Positions 1 through 8,312 of a DNA stretch of 60,396 nucleotides are shown piece by piece. The translations under genes were made by a program, and so were the position numbers. Every line of letters begins with the position of its first letter. Position 1 is the stretch's first letter. Source of the stretch: a bacterium (GTDB lineage: Bacteria; CLD3; SB21); the NCBI GenBank assembly GCA_016787925.1, contig JAEUSK010000175.1, forward strand, positions 1-60,396, in the 5' to 3' direction. Below the pieces are notes generated by a model. It saw nothing but the letters and a program-made list of their open reading frames with translations. It did not search any database and was not told the DNA's origin.

Positions 1-1169
1 TCTCCATAGCGCCGATAAATATACTCCAGCATCCGGTCTCTGAATCGCCAATTGAAATCCAGATCGATGTCAGGCGGTTTACCGCGGGAATAATTCAGAA
101 ACCGCTCGAAATAGAGATTATAACGGATCGGGTCCACTTCCGTAAGTCCGATGCAGTAACTGACGAGGCTATTGGCGGCAGAACCTCGTCCTACATGCCA
201 ATAACCTTGGCTGTGCGCATACGTGATCATGTCCCAGCATATCAAAAAATAATCGCAGAAATTGAGATTTGATATTACTTCTAATTCGTAGTTTAAACGT
301 TGGATCAATACCTCATAATTGAACGGTTTGCTCTTTTCGGTAATTTGGTACCGGGTTCTCAAACCGTCATGGGATAATTGGCGAAGCATCTCTGGGCTTG
401 AATCCACGACTTTTCCGTCAATGGTTCGGTATCTCGCGCAGTGGTATTTCTTTAATTCAAATTCAAACTGACACGCTTTGACTATTTTTTGCACATTAGC
501 CACCGGTTCTTTCATAGCGCCGGTAATTGTCCTCATCTCCTCAGGTGATTTGAGATACTGTTCCGATATAACCTCATCCTGTAGATCATAAACTGTTGTG
601 AGTTGTTTGATTGAAGCAAGAATGCGGTAAGTCTCATGTTTTTCCGGAGTATCGAAATACACGTCGTTGGTGATTACCAATGGAATTTCATTCTTTGAAG
701 CGTATTCGTACATGAGGCGGTTTCGTTTTTTTAGCGACGGAAGCAGAATGAGTTCTCCGTAAAGATCACGTATGTGTCCTTTCAAGCTGCGTAAGACATC
801 CAGGGAATCGGTTATGACAAAGAGTCCTTCGGAATGCTGTTTTAGTTCGGCAACCATGTCAAAATCTGTTTTTAATTGTCGGTTTGACACAATCTCACAT
901 AAATGATAGTAACCACTTATATTACGACAGATAACGGCTGCCCTATGATCTGCATTTTTTGGGGCGTCAATTTCGCATCCGATTAATGCAAAAAGGCCGT
1001 ATTCTTTGCACATGGAATAAAATTCCACTACTCCCGCCATCGTATTCAGGTCGGTTAGTGCCAATGTTTCGTAACCGCATTCTTTAGCTCTGACCACAAG
1101 ACTTTCAATACTGCAACTGCCTTTGCCGTAGGTGTAATAGGAATGGACACGTAAATGAGTGAACGACAT
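1..1169 (-). CDS. dnaE2: DNA polymerase III alpha subunit, error-prone DnaE2 type (5' part; runs off window edge)
   Basis: Not in the ORF track. Manual translation from ATG at 1169 gives MSFTHLRVHSYY..LALTDLNTMAGVVEF..GRGSAANSLVSYCIGLTEVDP..LYFERFL..PPDIDLDF. PHP domain plus catalytic PDIDLD; GRGSAANS and the position after dinB/lexA indicate DnaE2. Confidence 0.9.
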   Translation of the reverse strand, partial: MSFTHLRVHSYYTYGKGSCSIESLVVRAKECGYETLALTDLNTMAGVVEFYSMCKEYGLFALIGCEIDAPKNADHRAAVICRNISGYYHLCEIVSNRQLKTDFDMVAELKQHSEGLFVITDSLDVLRSLKGHIRDLYGELILLPSLKKRNRLMYEYASKNEIPLVITNDVYFDTPEKHETYRILASIKQLTTVYDLQDEVISEQYLKSPEEMRTITGAMKEPVANVQKIVKACQFEFELKKYHCARYRTIDGKVVDSSPEMLRQLSHDGLRTRYQITEKSKPFNYEVLIQRLNYELEVISNLNFCDYFLICWDMITYAHSQGYWHVGRGSAANSLVSYCIGLTEVDPIRYNLYFERFLNYSRGKPPDIDLDFNWRFRDRMLEYIYRRYG

Positions 1170-1177
1170 ATATCCTT

Positions 1178-1224
1178 AAAATAAAAAACCCGATTCCCGC
1201 AGAATTTCTTCTGCAGAAATCGAG
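1178..1224 (-). terminator. Intrinsic terminator-like hairpin between dinB and dnaE2
   Basis: Minus strand CTCGATTTCTGCAGAA-GAAA-TTCTGCGGGAATCGGG (16-bp stem including G-U pairs) followed by TTTTTTATTTT. Confidence 0.7.
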
Positions 1225-1242
1225 CTTGGTGCTCCCAACGAC

Positions 1243-2409
1243 TCAATTATTTATTAATGCTACTGACCCTACTCGCACAGCGCTATTGCCGTATCTATGA
1301 TTGATAATGTCTACGGCTTTGAGTAACCATTCTCTACGCTCCTCATTTTGCCTTAGGAGATCGATAGTAAATCTGTCTTGTGTGAATTTTGTTATCCCAA
1401 CTCCAATTAAACGTATGGTGACGCGTCGGTCATCCGCCTTATGGAACAGAGATAATGCCGTTTTGTAGATCACGATAGGATCGTTGGTCGGCTCTACAGT
1501 GATCTGTCGTGTATGGTCTACCCAGTCGGAATAGCGAAGTTTTATCCTAATGCACCGTGCCCTGAGATCCATGGAGCGCAATTCCTCTGAGATTTCCAAT
1601 GACATATCGTGAATCATATTCGATAGGAACCCGGCGTCTCTTGTGTCCGTTGCGAATGTTTCTTCGCGAGAAATTTGTTTTTGTTCTATGGCCGTGATCA
1701 GATATTGCTCACCGTAACCCTTTGCATACGATTGAATAGCCAGCCCCGATTTACCAAACGCCTTGCCGACATAGTCGGAATCGAGCTTGGCAAATTGCCC
1801 GCAGGTTCTGATTCCTCTGGAATTAAGCCTTTCTAACATCACTGCGCCCACGCCGCTAAGGACGCTTACGCTTAAGGGCTCCAGAAATTGAGCCTCTTTG
1901 CCCGGAACGATTTCAATTACGCCGTCCGGCTTGGCCTGATCGCATGCCACCTTTGCAGCCATCTTATTTGAAGCAATGCCGATGGCGCAGGGCAACCCGA
2001 AATTCGACAGGATCGTCTTTTGCAATCGTAATGCAAATTTATATAAGTCCCCGCCAAATATTCTTTCACATCCTGTCCAATCCAGATAAAATTCGTCAAT
2101 GCTGGCCGATTCAAAACGAGGAGCATAATACTTGATCAACGCCTGAATTTTTTCGGAATATTCCTGATAAACCGAAAAGTGTCCGTCGATACGGATCGCA
2201 ACGGGACATTTTTTTTCCGCCATGGCCGTGGACATACCGGCGCGGACGCCGTATTTGCGAACTTCATACGACGCACAGGTCACAACGCCCCGGCTTGACG
2301 AGGGTCCGGCAACCATGATAGGCTTTCCGACCAGACTTGGATTGAGGATCCGCTCCACCGAAACAAAAAACGCCGTAAGGTCGATATGAACTATTCGTAT
2401 AATAGGCAT
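1243..2409 (-). CDS. dinB: DNA polymerase IV (Y-family)
   Basis: HIDLTAFFVSVE, ASYEVRKYGVRAGM, SIDEFYLD, AKPDG; catalytic acidic residues retained. Confidence 0.92.
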   Translation of the reverse strand: MPIIRIVHIDLTAFFVSVERILNPSLVGKPIMVAGPSSSRGVVTCASYEVRKYGVRAGMSTAMAEKKCPVAIRIDGHFSVYQEYSEKIQALIKYYAPRFESASIDEFYLDWTGCERIFGGDLYKFALRLQKTILSNFGLPCAIGIASNKMAAKVACDQAKPDGVIEIVPGKEAQFLEPLSVSVLSGVGAVMLERLNSRGIRTCGQFAKLDSDYVGKAFGKSGLAIQSYAKGYGEQYLITAIEQKQISREETFATDTRDAGFLSNMIHDMSLEISEELRSMDLRARCIRIKLRYSDWVDHTRQITVEPTNDPIVIYKTALSLFHKADDRRVTIRLIGVGITKFTQDRFTIDLLRQNEERREWLLKAVDIINHRYGNSAVRVGSVALINN

Positions 2410-2411
2410 TG

Positions 2412-2810
2412 TCAGTTCATCTGATTTTTAAAAATACTTTGAATTTTAATAAACACGTTCTTTATTCTCATTTTTCGTTCAGGTTCAAATTCACATACAA
2501 TCTCCATGTTTCCAAATAGATCACTCGGCGTTTGCATATTTAGCGTTCTTAAAATACCGAAAGCGTTCTGCTTTATTTTTTCTTTATCCAAATGACTTAA
2601 AGGCGGCATGATGCAGTTGATGTTTCCTAAACTGGAAGAATTTGCTCTGTAGAAATTCAATTGAGAATTAACGACTTTACCGTTTTGAAAGGATATTTCG
2701 ACTCCAATGCGATCCGTGAAAAATTGGAATATATTATAGGTCGATAATATATTATGCAGGTTTCCCGATATTAATTCTTCCTCAGTCACTGTGAAATTGG
2801 ATTTATCCAT
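2412..2810 (-). CDS. Hypothetical protein inside the SOS cassette
   Basis: About 132 aa ORF filling the gap between lexA and dinB on the same strand; ATG at 2810 (track start TTG 2816); no recognised family. Confidence 0.7.
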   Translation of the reverse strand: MDKSNFTVTEEELISGNLHNILSTYNIFQFFTDRIGVEISFQNGKVVNSQLNFYRANSSSLGNINCIMPPLSHLDKEKIKQNAFGILRTLNMQTPSDLFGNMEIVCEFEPERKMRIKNVFIKIQSIFKNQMN

Positions 2811-2820
2811 TAACAACCTT

Positions 2821-3387
2821 TCAATATTTTCGACGTGATTCGATCACTTTTCCAATTAGGGTAAACTCTTTTTCGATGGGCTCATACTTCTCATTAGCCG
2901 CTTCCAGAAATATCTTCCCCCGTTTTCTTCGAAATCGTTTTACCGTAACTTCATCGTCCAACAATGCGATCACAATGTCTTTGTCCTCAGCTGTTTCCTG
3001 CTTATGAACGATCAGAACATCGCGATCAAGAATACCTGCGTCGATCATGCTGTCACCGGTTACTTTAAGAGCAAATACTCCTTCTGTTTTTTTATAGCTG
3101 TCCTGAACGTAACCTTCGATGTTTTCGATAGCAAAGATCGGCTTTCCAGCTGCAACTTTACCGTATACAGGAATGCCGTGAGAAACGGGCTCATAACCTC
3201 TTGCCGTATTTGGCTTCACTTTCAGGTATCCTTTAGCTTTCAATAAGGAAATATGATCCTGGATCGTTCCTAAGGATAATGAAAACTTATTCCCGATTTC
3301 CCTCAAAGTCGGTGGAAATCCATTTTTTTTAATACTTTGGAGAATAAATTGATAGACAGCATCCTGTTTCTTAGTGAGTTCCTCCAT
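2821..3387 (-). CDS. lexA: SOS repressor LexA
   Basis: N-terminal wHTH (GFPPTLREIG), Ala-Gly cleavage site VAAGKP, catalytic GDSM and TVKR. Confidence 0.96.
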   Translation of the reverse strand: MEELTKKQDAVYQFILQSIKKNGFPPTLREIGNKFSLSLGTIQDHISLLKAKGYLKVKPNTARGYEPVSHGIPVYGKVAAGKPIFAIENIEGYVQDSYKKTEGVFALKVTGDSMIDAGILDRDVLIVHKQETAEDKDIVIALLDDEVTVKRFRRKRGKIFLEAANEKYEPIEKEFTLIGKVIESRRKY

Positions 3388-3426
3388 GACATAATCCCAA
3401 CGTAAAGTTTAAAGAACGATGTTTTC

Positions 3427-3455
3427 AATATACCATACAAATGTATGGTAGTCAA
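3427..3455 (-). promoter_or_regulatory. sigma70-type promoter of the lexA operon
   Basis: Minus strand TTGACT-17 nt-TATATT with TG extended -10. Confidence 0.75.
3431..3450. promoter_or_regulatory. Candidate LexA operator (SOS box)
   Basis: Perfect 9-bp inverted repeat TACCATACA-AA-TGTATGGTA between the -35 and -10 of lexA. Confidence 0.7.
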
Positions 3456-3479
3456 GAAAATTATGAAAAAACAAAATAT

Positions 3480-3508
3480 TTGATTTTACGTAACCCATAC
3501 CTTATAGT
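3480..3508 (+). promoter_or_regulatory. sigma70-type promoter of the SRAP gene
   Basis: TTGATT-17 nt-TATAGT; spacer contains a CCATAC half-site; AGGAGG RBS before ATG 3535. Confidence 0.55.
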
Positions 3509-3534
3509 TTAGAATTAACAACAAGGAGGTCGCT

Positions 3535-4242
3535 ATGTGCGGGCGGTATACTCTGACAGCTACTCTTCGCGTCATTCAGGAGCAGTTTGATCTTGCAAAT
3601 GACGACATCAAAGAGATTATTGACAACTACAGACCAAATTATAACGTTGCACCAACGCACAAAATGCCTATTGTAATTCAGGTAGAAGGAAAAAGGAGTC
3701 TTAAACTAATGCAATGGGGGCTACTGCCAAGCTGGAGCAAGACTGATAAACCCCAATTCAACACGATAAATGCCAAGGGTGAGGAAATTGCACAGAAACC
3801 TACTTACCGCAATCGCATAAAGAATGGACGTTGTCTTGTAATAGCCGACGGATTTTATGAATTTGAAAAACACGGGCAGGATAAATGGGCAGTAAGATTC
3901 ATTATGAAAGATAAAAAACCGTTCGCATTCGCCGGGTTGTATGATAATTGGCACGGAACCACCTCAAAAGGTGAAAAGAAATCCATTTCTTCATTTACAA
4001 TAATTACAACCTCCCCCAATAAAATTGTTGAGCCTGTACACACACGCATGCCGGTCATACTTTCCAGGGCGGACGAAAAAGAATGGCTCAATCCAGACTA
4101 CCAGAAATACGATGATGTGTCACACCTTTTGAAACCCTTCAGCGACAAAAGCATGATGCGGTATTATGCCAATCCGGGAGTAAACAGGGCTGGAAATAAT
4201 TCTGCCGACCTTATTGAGGAGTTTGACAGGAGCGAAGGGTGA
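3535..4242 (+). CDS. SOS response-associated peptidase (SRAP/YedK/HMCES family; abasic-site crosslinking)
   Basis: MCGRY N-terminus, YNVAPT, WGLLPSW, RCLVIADGFYE, HTRMPVIL. Confidence 0.93.
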   Translation: MCGRYTLTATLRVIQEQFDLANDDIKEIIDNYRPNYNVAPTHKMPIVIQVEGKRSLKLMQWGLLPSWSKTDKPQFNTINAKGEEIAQKPTYRNRIKNGRCLVIADGFYEFEKHGQDKWAVRFIMKDKKPFAFAGLYDNWHGTTSKGEKKSISSFTIITTSPNKIVEPVHTRMPVILSRADEKEWLNPDYQKYDDVSHLLKPFSDKSMMRYYANPGVNRAGNNSADLIEEFDRSEG

Positions 4243-4378
4243 ACTTTTCGGTAATTATTCTTCGGGTAATTATCCGAGACATTGTACTTAGTATTGACGG
4301 CTTTTGCGATATTGTCGCTTTATACAAGTGTTTCGCCAATCTGAAAACGCTGGGTGACCTAGAATCTCTCTTTTCATT

Positions 4379-5011
4379 TCAATGCTTTTTAAGTTCAAAT
4401 TTTTTCTCGCCCGCCAGAACTGAAATAAGCAGATGATTTTCCTTCGGCGGATAGGGGCAGTTATAATTATCGCTGTAAGCACACCACGGATTATAAGCGG
4501 AATTGAAATCAAGAATATAGTCATCGGTTGACTCATTCAATGTCAATTCTATGTATCGGCCCGCCGAATACGTTTCATTTCCATTCGTTGAATCTTTAAA
4601 TGGGACAAAAAGATAGTCCGCGTGGCCTTCAATTGCTGGTTTTGGCCGGTAAACGTTCAATTTCTGTCGCCCGTCAAAATCAAATTTAAAATATCCATAT
4701 TCAATATAGTGTTTGATCTTGCCTTTGGAAGTAATCATGTCCAATTCACGCGGCTTGTCATACTTATGCAGTTCGACATTGAATACATATAGTGAATCGA
4801 ATGCGTAATAATTCAGACCATGAAATAGCGCTTTCAAAGTGTCATTTAATGGCGACTCTGCAGATGCAAAGTACTTATCCTTTTCAACCCGATCCTGGTT
4901 TATCGAGAATTCGATCTTTTGTAATTCATTCGTAGAAAGCATCTTATTTGGCAATTTTCCACATGCCGCCAAGAAGACTGTTCCAAGTAACAAGACGATG
5001 TAGCGATTCAT
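4379..5011 (-). CDS. DUF1684 family lipoprotein
   Basis: Lipobox LAAC; LFVPFKDSTNGNETYSAGRY and LDFNSAYNPWCAY..YNCP.PP motifs. Confidence 0.85.
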   Translation of the reverse strand: MNRYIVLLLGTVFLAACGKLPNKMLSTNELQKIEFSINQDRVEKDKYFASAESPLNDTLKALFHGLNYYAFDSLYVFNVELHKYDKPRELDMITSKGKIKHYIEYGYFKFDFDGRQKLNVYRPKPAIEGHADYLFVPFKDSTNGNETYSAGRYIELTLNESTDDYILDFNSAYNPWCAYSDNYNCPYPPKENHLLISVLAGEKKFELKKH

Positions 5012-5014
5012 TAA

Positions 5015-6058
5015 TTACTCCAGTATAATTTGTCCAGCCCCTTCTGTTACAAAACCAATAATACGAGTCGACAGATAGCCGCACTTCCGCAGGCAGGCAA
5101 CCAACTCATCGGCCAGAGATTTTTGAACTGCAATCAACAGCCCTCCGGATGTTTGGGGATCGAATAGGAGCCTTTTCGAGCTCTGATCTACAACATTAGA
5201 TTGAGTTAGGTTATCTCCAATTAATAGACGGTTTACCTTGTTTCCTTTGGTTAAATACTTTTTATGCAGAGCAAACTTCCTTGCGTTTCTGAAAAATGGA
5301 ACCTGGCTCACCACGATAATTAAATTGACCCTACCGGCGGCTGCCATTTCAAATGCGTGTCCCAGCAATCCAAAACCTGAAACATCGGTTGCTGCGTTTG
5401 CCTTGAATTGTCGTATCAGATCTGCCGCACCGCCATTCAGCTGGATCATCGACTGCACAATCTCTTTCACGTCCGAGGGCGACGCATCGCCCTTTTTTAA
5501 TGCAGTAGCTATGATACCCGTTCCAATCGGCTTGGTTAAAATCAGAACATCGCCTGGTTTTGCATTAGCATTTGTTATAATATTATTAGGAGAGATAATT
5601 CCGGTAACCGATAGGCCATATTTGATTTCTTTATCCTCAATCGAATGACCGCCTACTAATACCGCGCCGGCTGCTTTAATTCGCTCTGCTCCTCCCTCCA
5701 GGATTTTCTGTAAAACATCGATGGGCAATTCTTTGGTTGGAAAGCACACTATATTCATAGCCGTAAGCGGCTTGCCTCCCATTGCATAAATATCCGACAG
5801 CGCATTCGAGGCGGATATTTGGCCAAAGGCGTATGGATCATCCACTATCGGAGTGAAAAAATCCACCGTTTGGATAAGGGCGGTTTGTCCATTGAGGCGA
5901 TACACGCCGGCGTCGTCGGATGTTTCCAGCCCAACCAATAAATTATCATCTGTGAATTTCGGCAGACCTGCCAAAGCGGTCCTCAAATCGAGAGGACTCA
6001 TTTTGCTGGCTCAACCGGCGCATTCAACAGTTTGGGTAAGGCGAATTTTCTTTTTCAT
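5015..6058 (-). CDS. selD: Selenide, water dikinase SelD, selenocysteine-containing (UGA at 6013-6011 = Sec16)
   Basis: ATG 6058 reads MKKKIRLTQTVECAG-UGA-ASK in frame into the tracked ORF; DDAGVY, TVDFFTPIVDDP, NALSDIYAMGG, GGHS, DPQTSGGLL. Confidence 0.92.
5957..5997 (-). promoter_or_regulatory. Putative bacterial SECIS element in selD
   Basis: 3' of the UGA the mRNA forms GUCCUC-7nt-GAGGAC, then UUUGGCA-GGUC-UGCCGAA; GCAGGUCUGC matches the E. coli fdhF SECIS apical loop as recalled. Confidence 0.6.
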
Positions 6059-6080
6059 GTTTTCCAGTATGTGGATTACT

Positions 6081-7784
6081 CTATGCGCTAAGACTTGAAA
6101 TAAGCTCTTTTGCGTTCTCTAAAGATGCTTCCGTGACCTGTTCGCCACCCAGTAATTTAGCAACTTCATGTAGTTTATCGTCTTGTGAAAGTCTGTTGAT
6201 TGCGGTAACCGTCTTGTTCTTACTAAAGCGTTTTTCAACGGAATAATGCGATTGTGAAAAGCCGGCAATTTGAGGCAAATGTGTAATGCAAATAGTTTGG
6301 TGAGATTGTGCAAGGTGGTATAATGATTTGCCAACCGCCTGCGCAATGCGTCCGGAAATGCCGACATCGATTTCATCGAAAACCAAAGTAGGAATCTGAT
6401 CCGACCCTGCCAGCACGGATTTAAGACTTAACATGATGCGCGATACTTCACCGCCCGATGCCACCTTGGCCAAAGGTTTTGGCGATTCTCCTAAATTTGT
6501 GGAGATCATGAATTCAACGAAGTCCAGGCCAGATGATGACGCGTTAACATGAATGCCGTTCACGGTGATGAAACTTTCCGGGTTTTCACTGTATTTAATT
6601 TCAGTTCTAAATTGGGCGTGTTCCATACCCAAATTCCGCATTACCAAAACGACTTTTTTGTCGAGGTCAACGGCAAATTTACGTCGTTGCGAAGTTAATT
6701 CAGCACAGATTCTGGTGTAATTCTCAACTTCCACGTCAAGTTGCTTTTGCATGTTACTTAATTCAAAATCAAAGTTATCCGATATATTAATAGCTTCTTC
6801 GATTTGAGCTTTCTTTTCAAGAATTTCGTCGATCGATCCGTATTTCTTTTTCAATCGTTGGATGGCCGCAATTCTCATCCTAATTTCTTCAAGCCGCTCC
6901 GGTTCAAAGGTTATTTTCTGATGGTAATCACCGACCCATCGCGACACTTCTTCCAGTGTGATTTTTGCCGTGACAAATTGGGAAATTATGTCATTCAGCC
7001 GCTCGTCAACTTTTTTAATTTCTTCAAAATCACGAAACGTTTCGCCTAATATTTCCACGACCGATCTCTCTGTGTCATATAGGGCATCATATATTTTTTT
7101 TGTCAGCTCAAAAAGTTTTTCAGAATTAGAAAAGATCTTTTCTTCCCGTATTAATCTAACGTCCTCATCGATGTCCGGCGAAATATCCTTAATCTCCTTT
7201 AATTGATGCTGAAAGAATTCACGCTTGTCAAGATAGGTTAGTTTATGGTCTTCAAGCTCTCTAATTTTATTCTTGATTTCGCTGATCCTTTTGAATCTCT
7301 GTCTGACTTCGTTTCTCACAGGCTCAAGACAACCGTAAGAATCCAGGATATCGACATGAATTTCCTGATGCAGCAGAGACTGATGGTCATGTTGCCCGTG
7401 CAGATCAACAAGGAGGTCACCTATTGACTTAAGAAGTGAAGTCGTAATGAGTGTATCATTGACAAAACATCGATTCTGACCTTTAAGAGAAATTTCGCGA
7501 CGAATCAAAATCTCATTGTCATTAATCTCGATATCGTTTTCTTGCAGTAAACTTCGTAAGCCGCTGTTATTGTCAATTGTAAACGTACCTTCAATTACTG
7601 ATCGGTCTGCGCCGGTGCGGATATTATCAGTTGCTGCCCGTTCTCCAAGGATCATGGATAACGCGCCAAGGAGAATAGATTTTCCTGCGCCTGTTTCGCC
7701 GGTAATGATGTTTAAACCAAGTTCAAATTGAATTTCGGCGTCTTCAATCAGGGCGAAGTTCTTTATACTAAGCGTTCTAAGCAT
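6081..7784 (-). CDS. recN: DNA repair protein RecN
   Basis: TGETGAGKS Walker A, HGQHDHQSLL, ASGGEVSR, FDEID, ITHLPQIA. Confidence 0.96.
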   Translation of the reverse strand: MLRTLSIKNFALIEDAEIQFELGLNIITGETGAGKSILLGALSMILGERAATDNIRTGADRSVIEGTFTIDNNSGLRSLLQENDIEINDNEILIRREISLKGQNRCFVNDTLITTSLLKSIGDLLVDLHGQHDHQSLLHQEIHVDILDSYGCLEPVRNEVRQRFKRISEIKNKIRELEDHKLTYLDKREFFQHQLKEIKDISPDIDEDVRLIREEKIFSNSEKLFELTKKIYDALYDTERSVVEILGETFRDFEEIKKVDERLNDIISQFVTAKITLEEVSRWVGDYHQKITFEPERLEEIRMRIAAIQRLKKKYGSIDEILEKKAQIEEAINISDNFDFELSNMQKQLDVEVENYTRICAELTSQRRKFAVDLDKKVVLVMRNLGMEHAQFRTEIKYSENPESFITVNGIHVNASSSGLDFVEFMISTNLGESPKPLAKVASGGEVSRIMLSLKSVLAGSDQIPTLVFDEIDVGISGRIAQAVGKSLYHLAQSHQTICITHLPQIAGFSQSHYSVEKRFSKNKTVTAINRLSQDDKLHEVAKLLGGEQVTEASLENAKELISSLSA

Positions 7785-7832
7785 CTCAATGGAACGTTTT
7801 GTTTACGGAATAGTATGGAAAAGGCCACAATG

Positions 7833-8294
7833 TCATTTTAATTGTTTCAACAAATTTACCATTTCAATAGCCGTCAATGCCGCATCCCAGCCCTTATTCC
7901 CGCTTTTAGAACCGGCGCGCTCAATTGCCTCTTCCAGTGTATCGCATGTAAGAACGCCAAAAATGGTTGGGATACCCGTTTGAAGTGCGACTTGCCCGAT
8001 GCCTTTTGCGGCTTCCCCTGCAACATAGTCGAAATGGGATGTCTTGCCGCGAATAACCGCGCCCAGGCAAATTACGGCATCATATTTTTTCGATTGCGCG
8101 GTCCTTAGCGCAGCGAGCGGAATTTCGAATGATCCTGGAACTCTGACGATGTCGATATTTTCTTCGTTTCCGTCATGACGTCGGATGCAATCCGTTGCAC
8201 CCTCTAGTAGCTTATCCGTTATGAAGCTATTAAAACGGCTTACGATGACTGCATATTTGTGATTCTGCGCTGATATCTTTCCCTCGAATTTCAT
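7833..8294 (-). CDS. ribH: 6,7-dimethyl-8-ribityllumazine synthase
   Basis: [35 protein letters not shown]; ATG 8294 follows a GAGGA RBS. Confidence 0.95.
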   Translation of the reverse strand: MKFEGKISAQNHKYAVIVSRFNSFITDKLLEGATDCIRRHDGNEENIDIVRVPGSFEIPLAALRTAQSKKYDAVICLGAVIRGKTSHFDYVAGEAAKGIGQVALQTGIPTIFGVLTCDTLEEAIERAGSKSGNKGWDAALTAIEMVNLLKQLK

Positions 8295-8312
8295 AAAAAT
8301 CCTCAATGTTTC

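Noticed and set aside
1055-1246. 63-aa ORF after dinB as a protein-coding gene
   Set aside because: Overlaps the dnaE2 5' end out of frame and spans a terminator hairpin; no recognisable motif. Kept only as a speculative regulatory ORF.
4239-4436. 65-aa ORF and near-palindrome TCGGGTAATTATCCGA after SRAP
   Set aside because: Overlaps the convergent DUF1684 gene, has no motif, and the hairpin is short with no U tract.
5015-6001. SelD starting at ATG 6001 as in the ORF track
   Set aside because: This start would omit the catalytic N-terminal G-U-x-x-K loop; an in-frame ATG lies upstream across a UGA.
7785-7832. GTATGGAA half-site upstream of recN as a second SOS box
   Set aside because: Only one imperfect half matches and there is no dyad partner.
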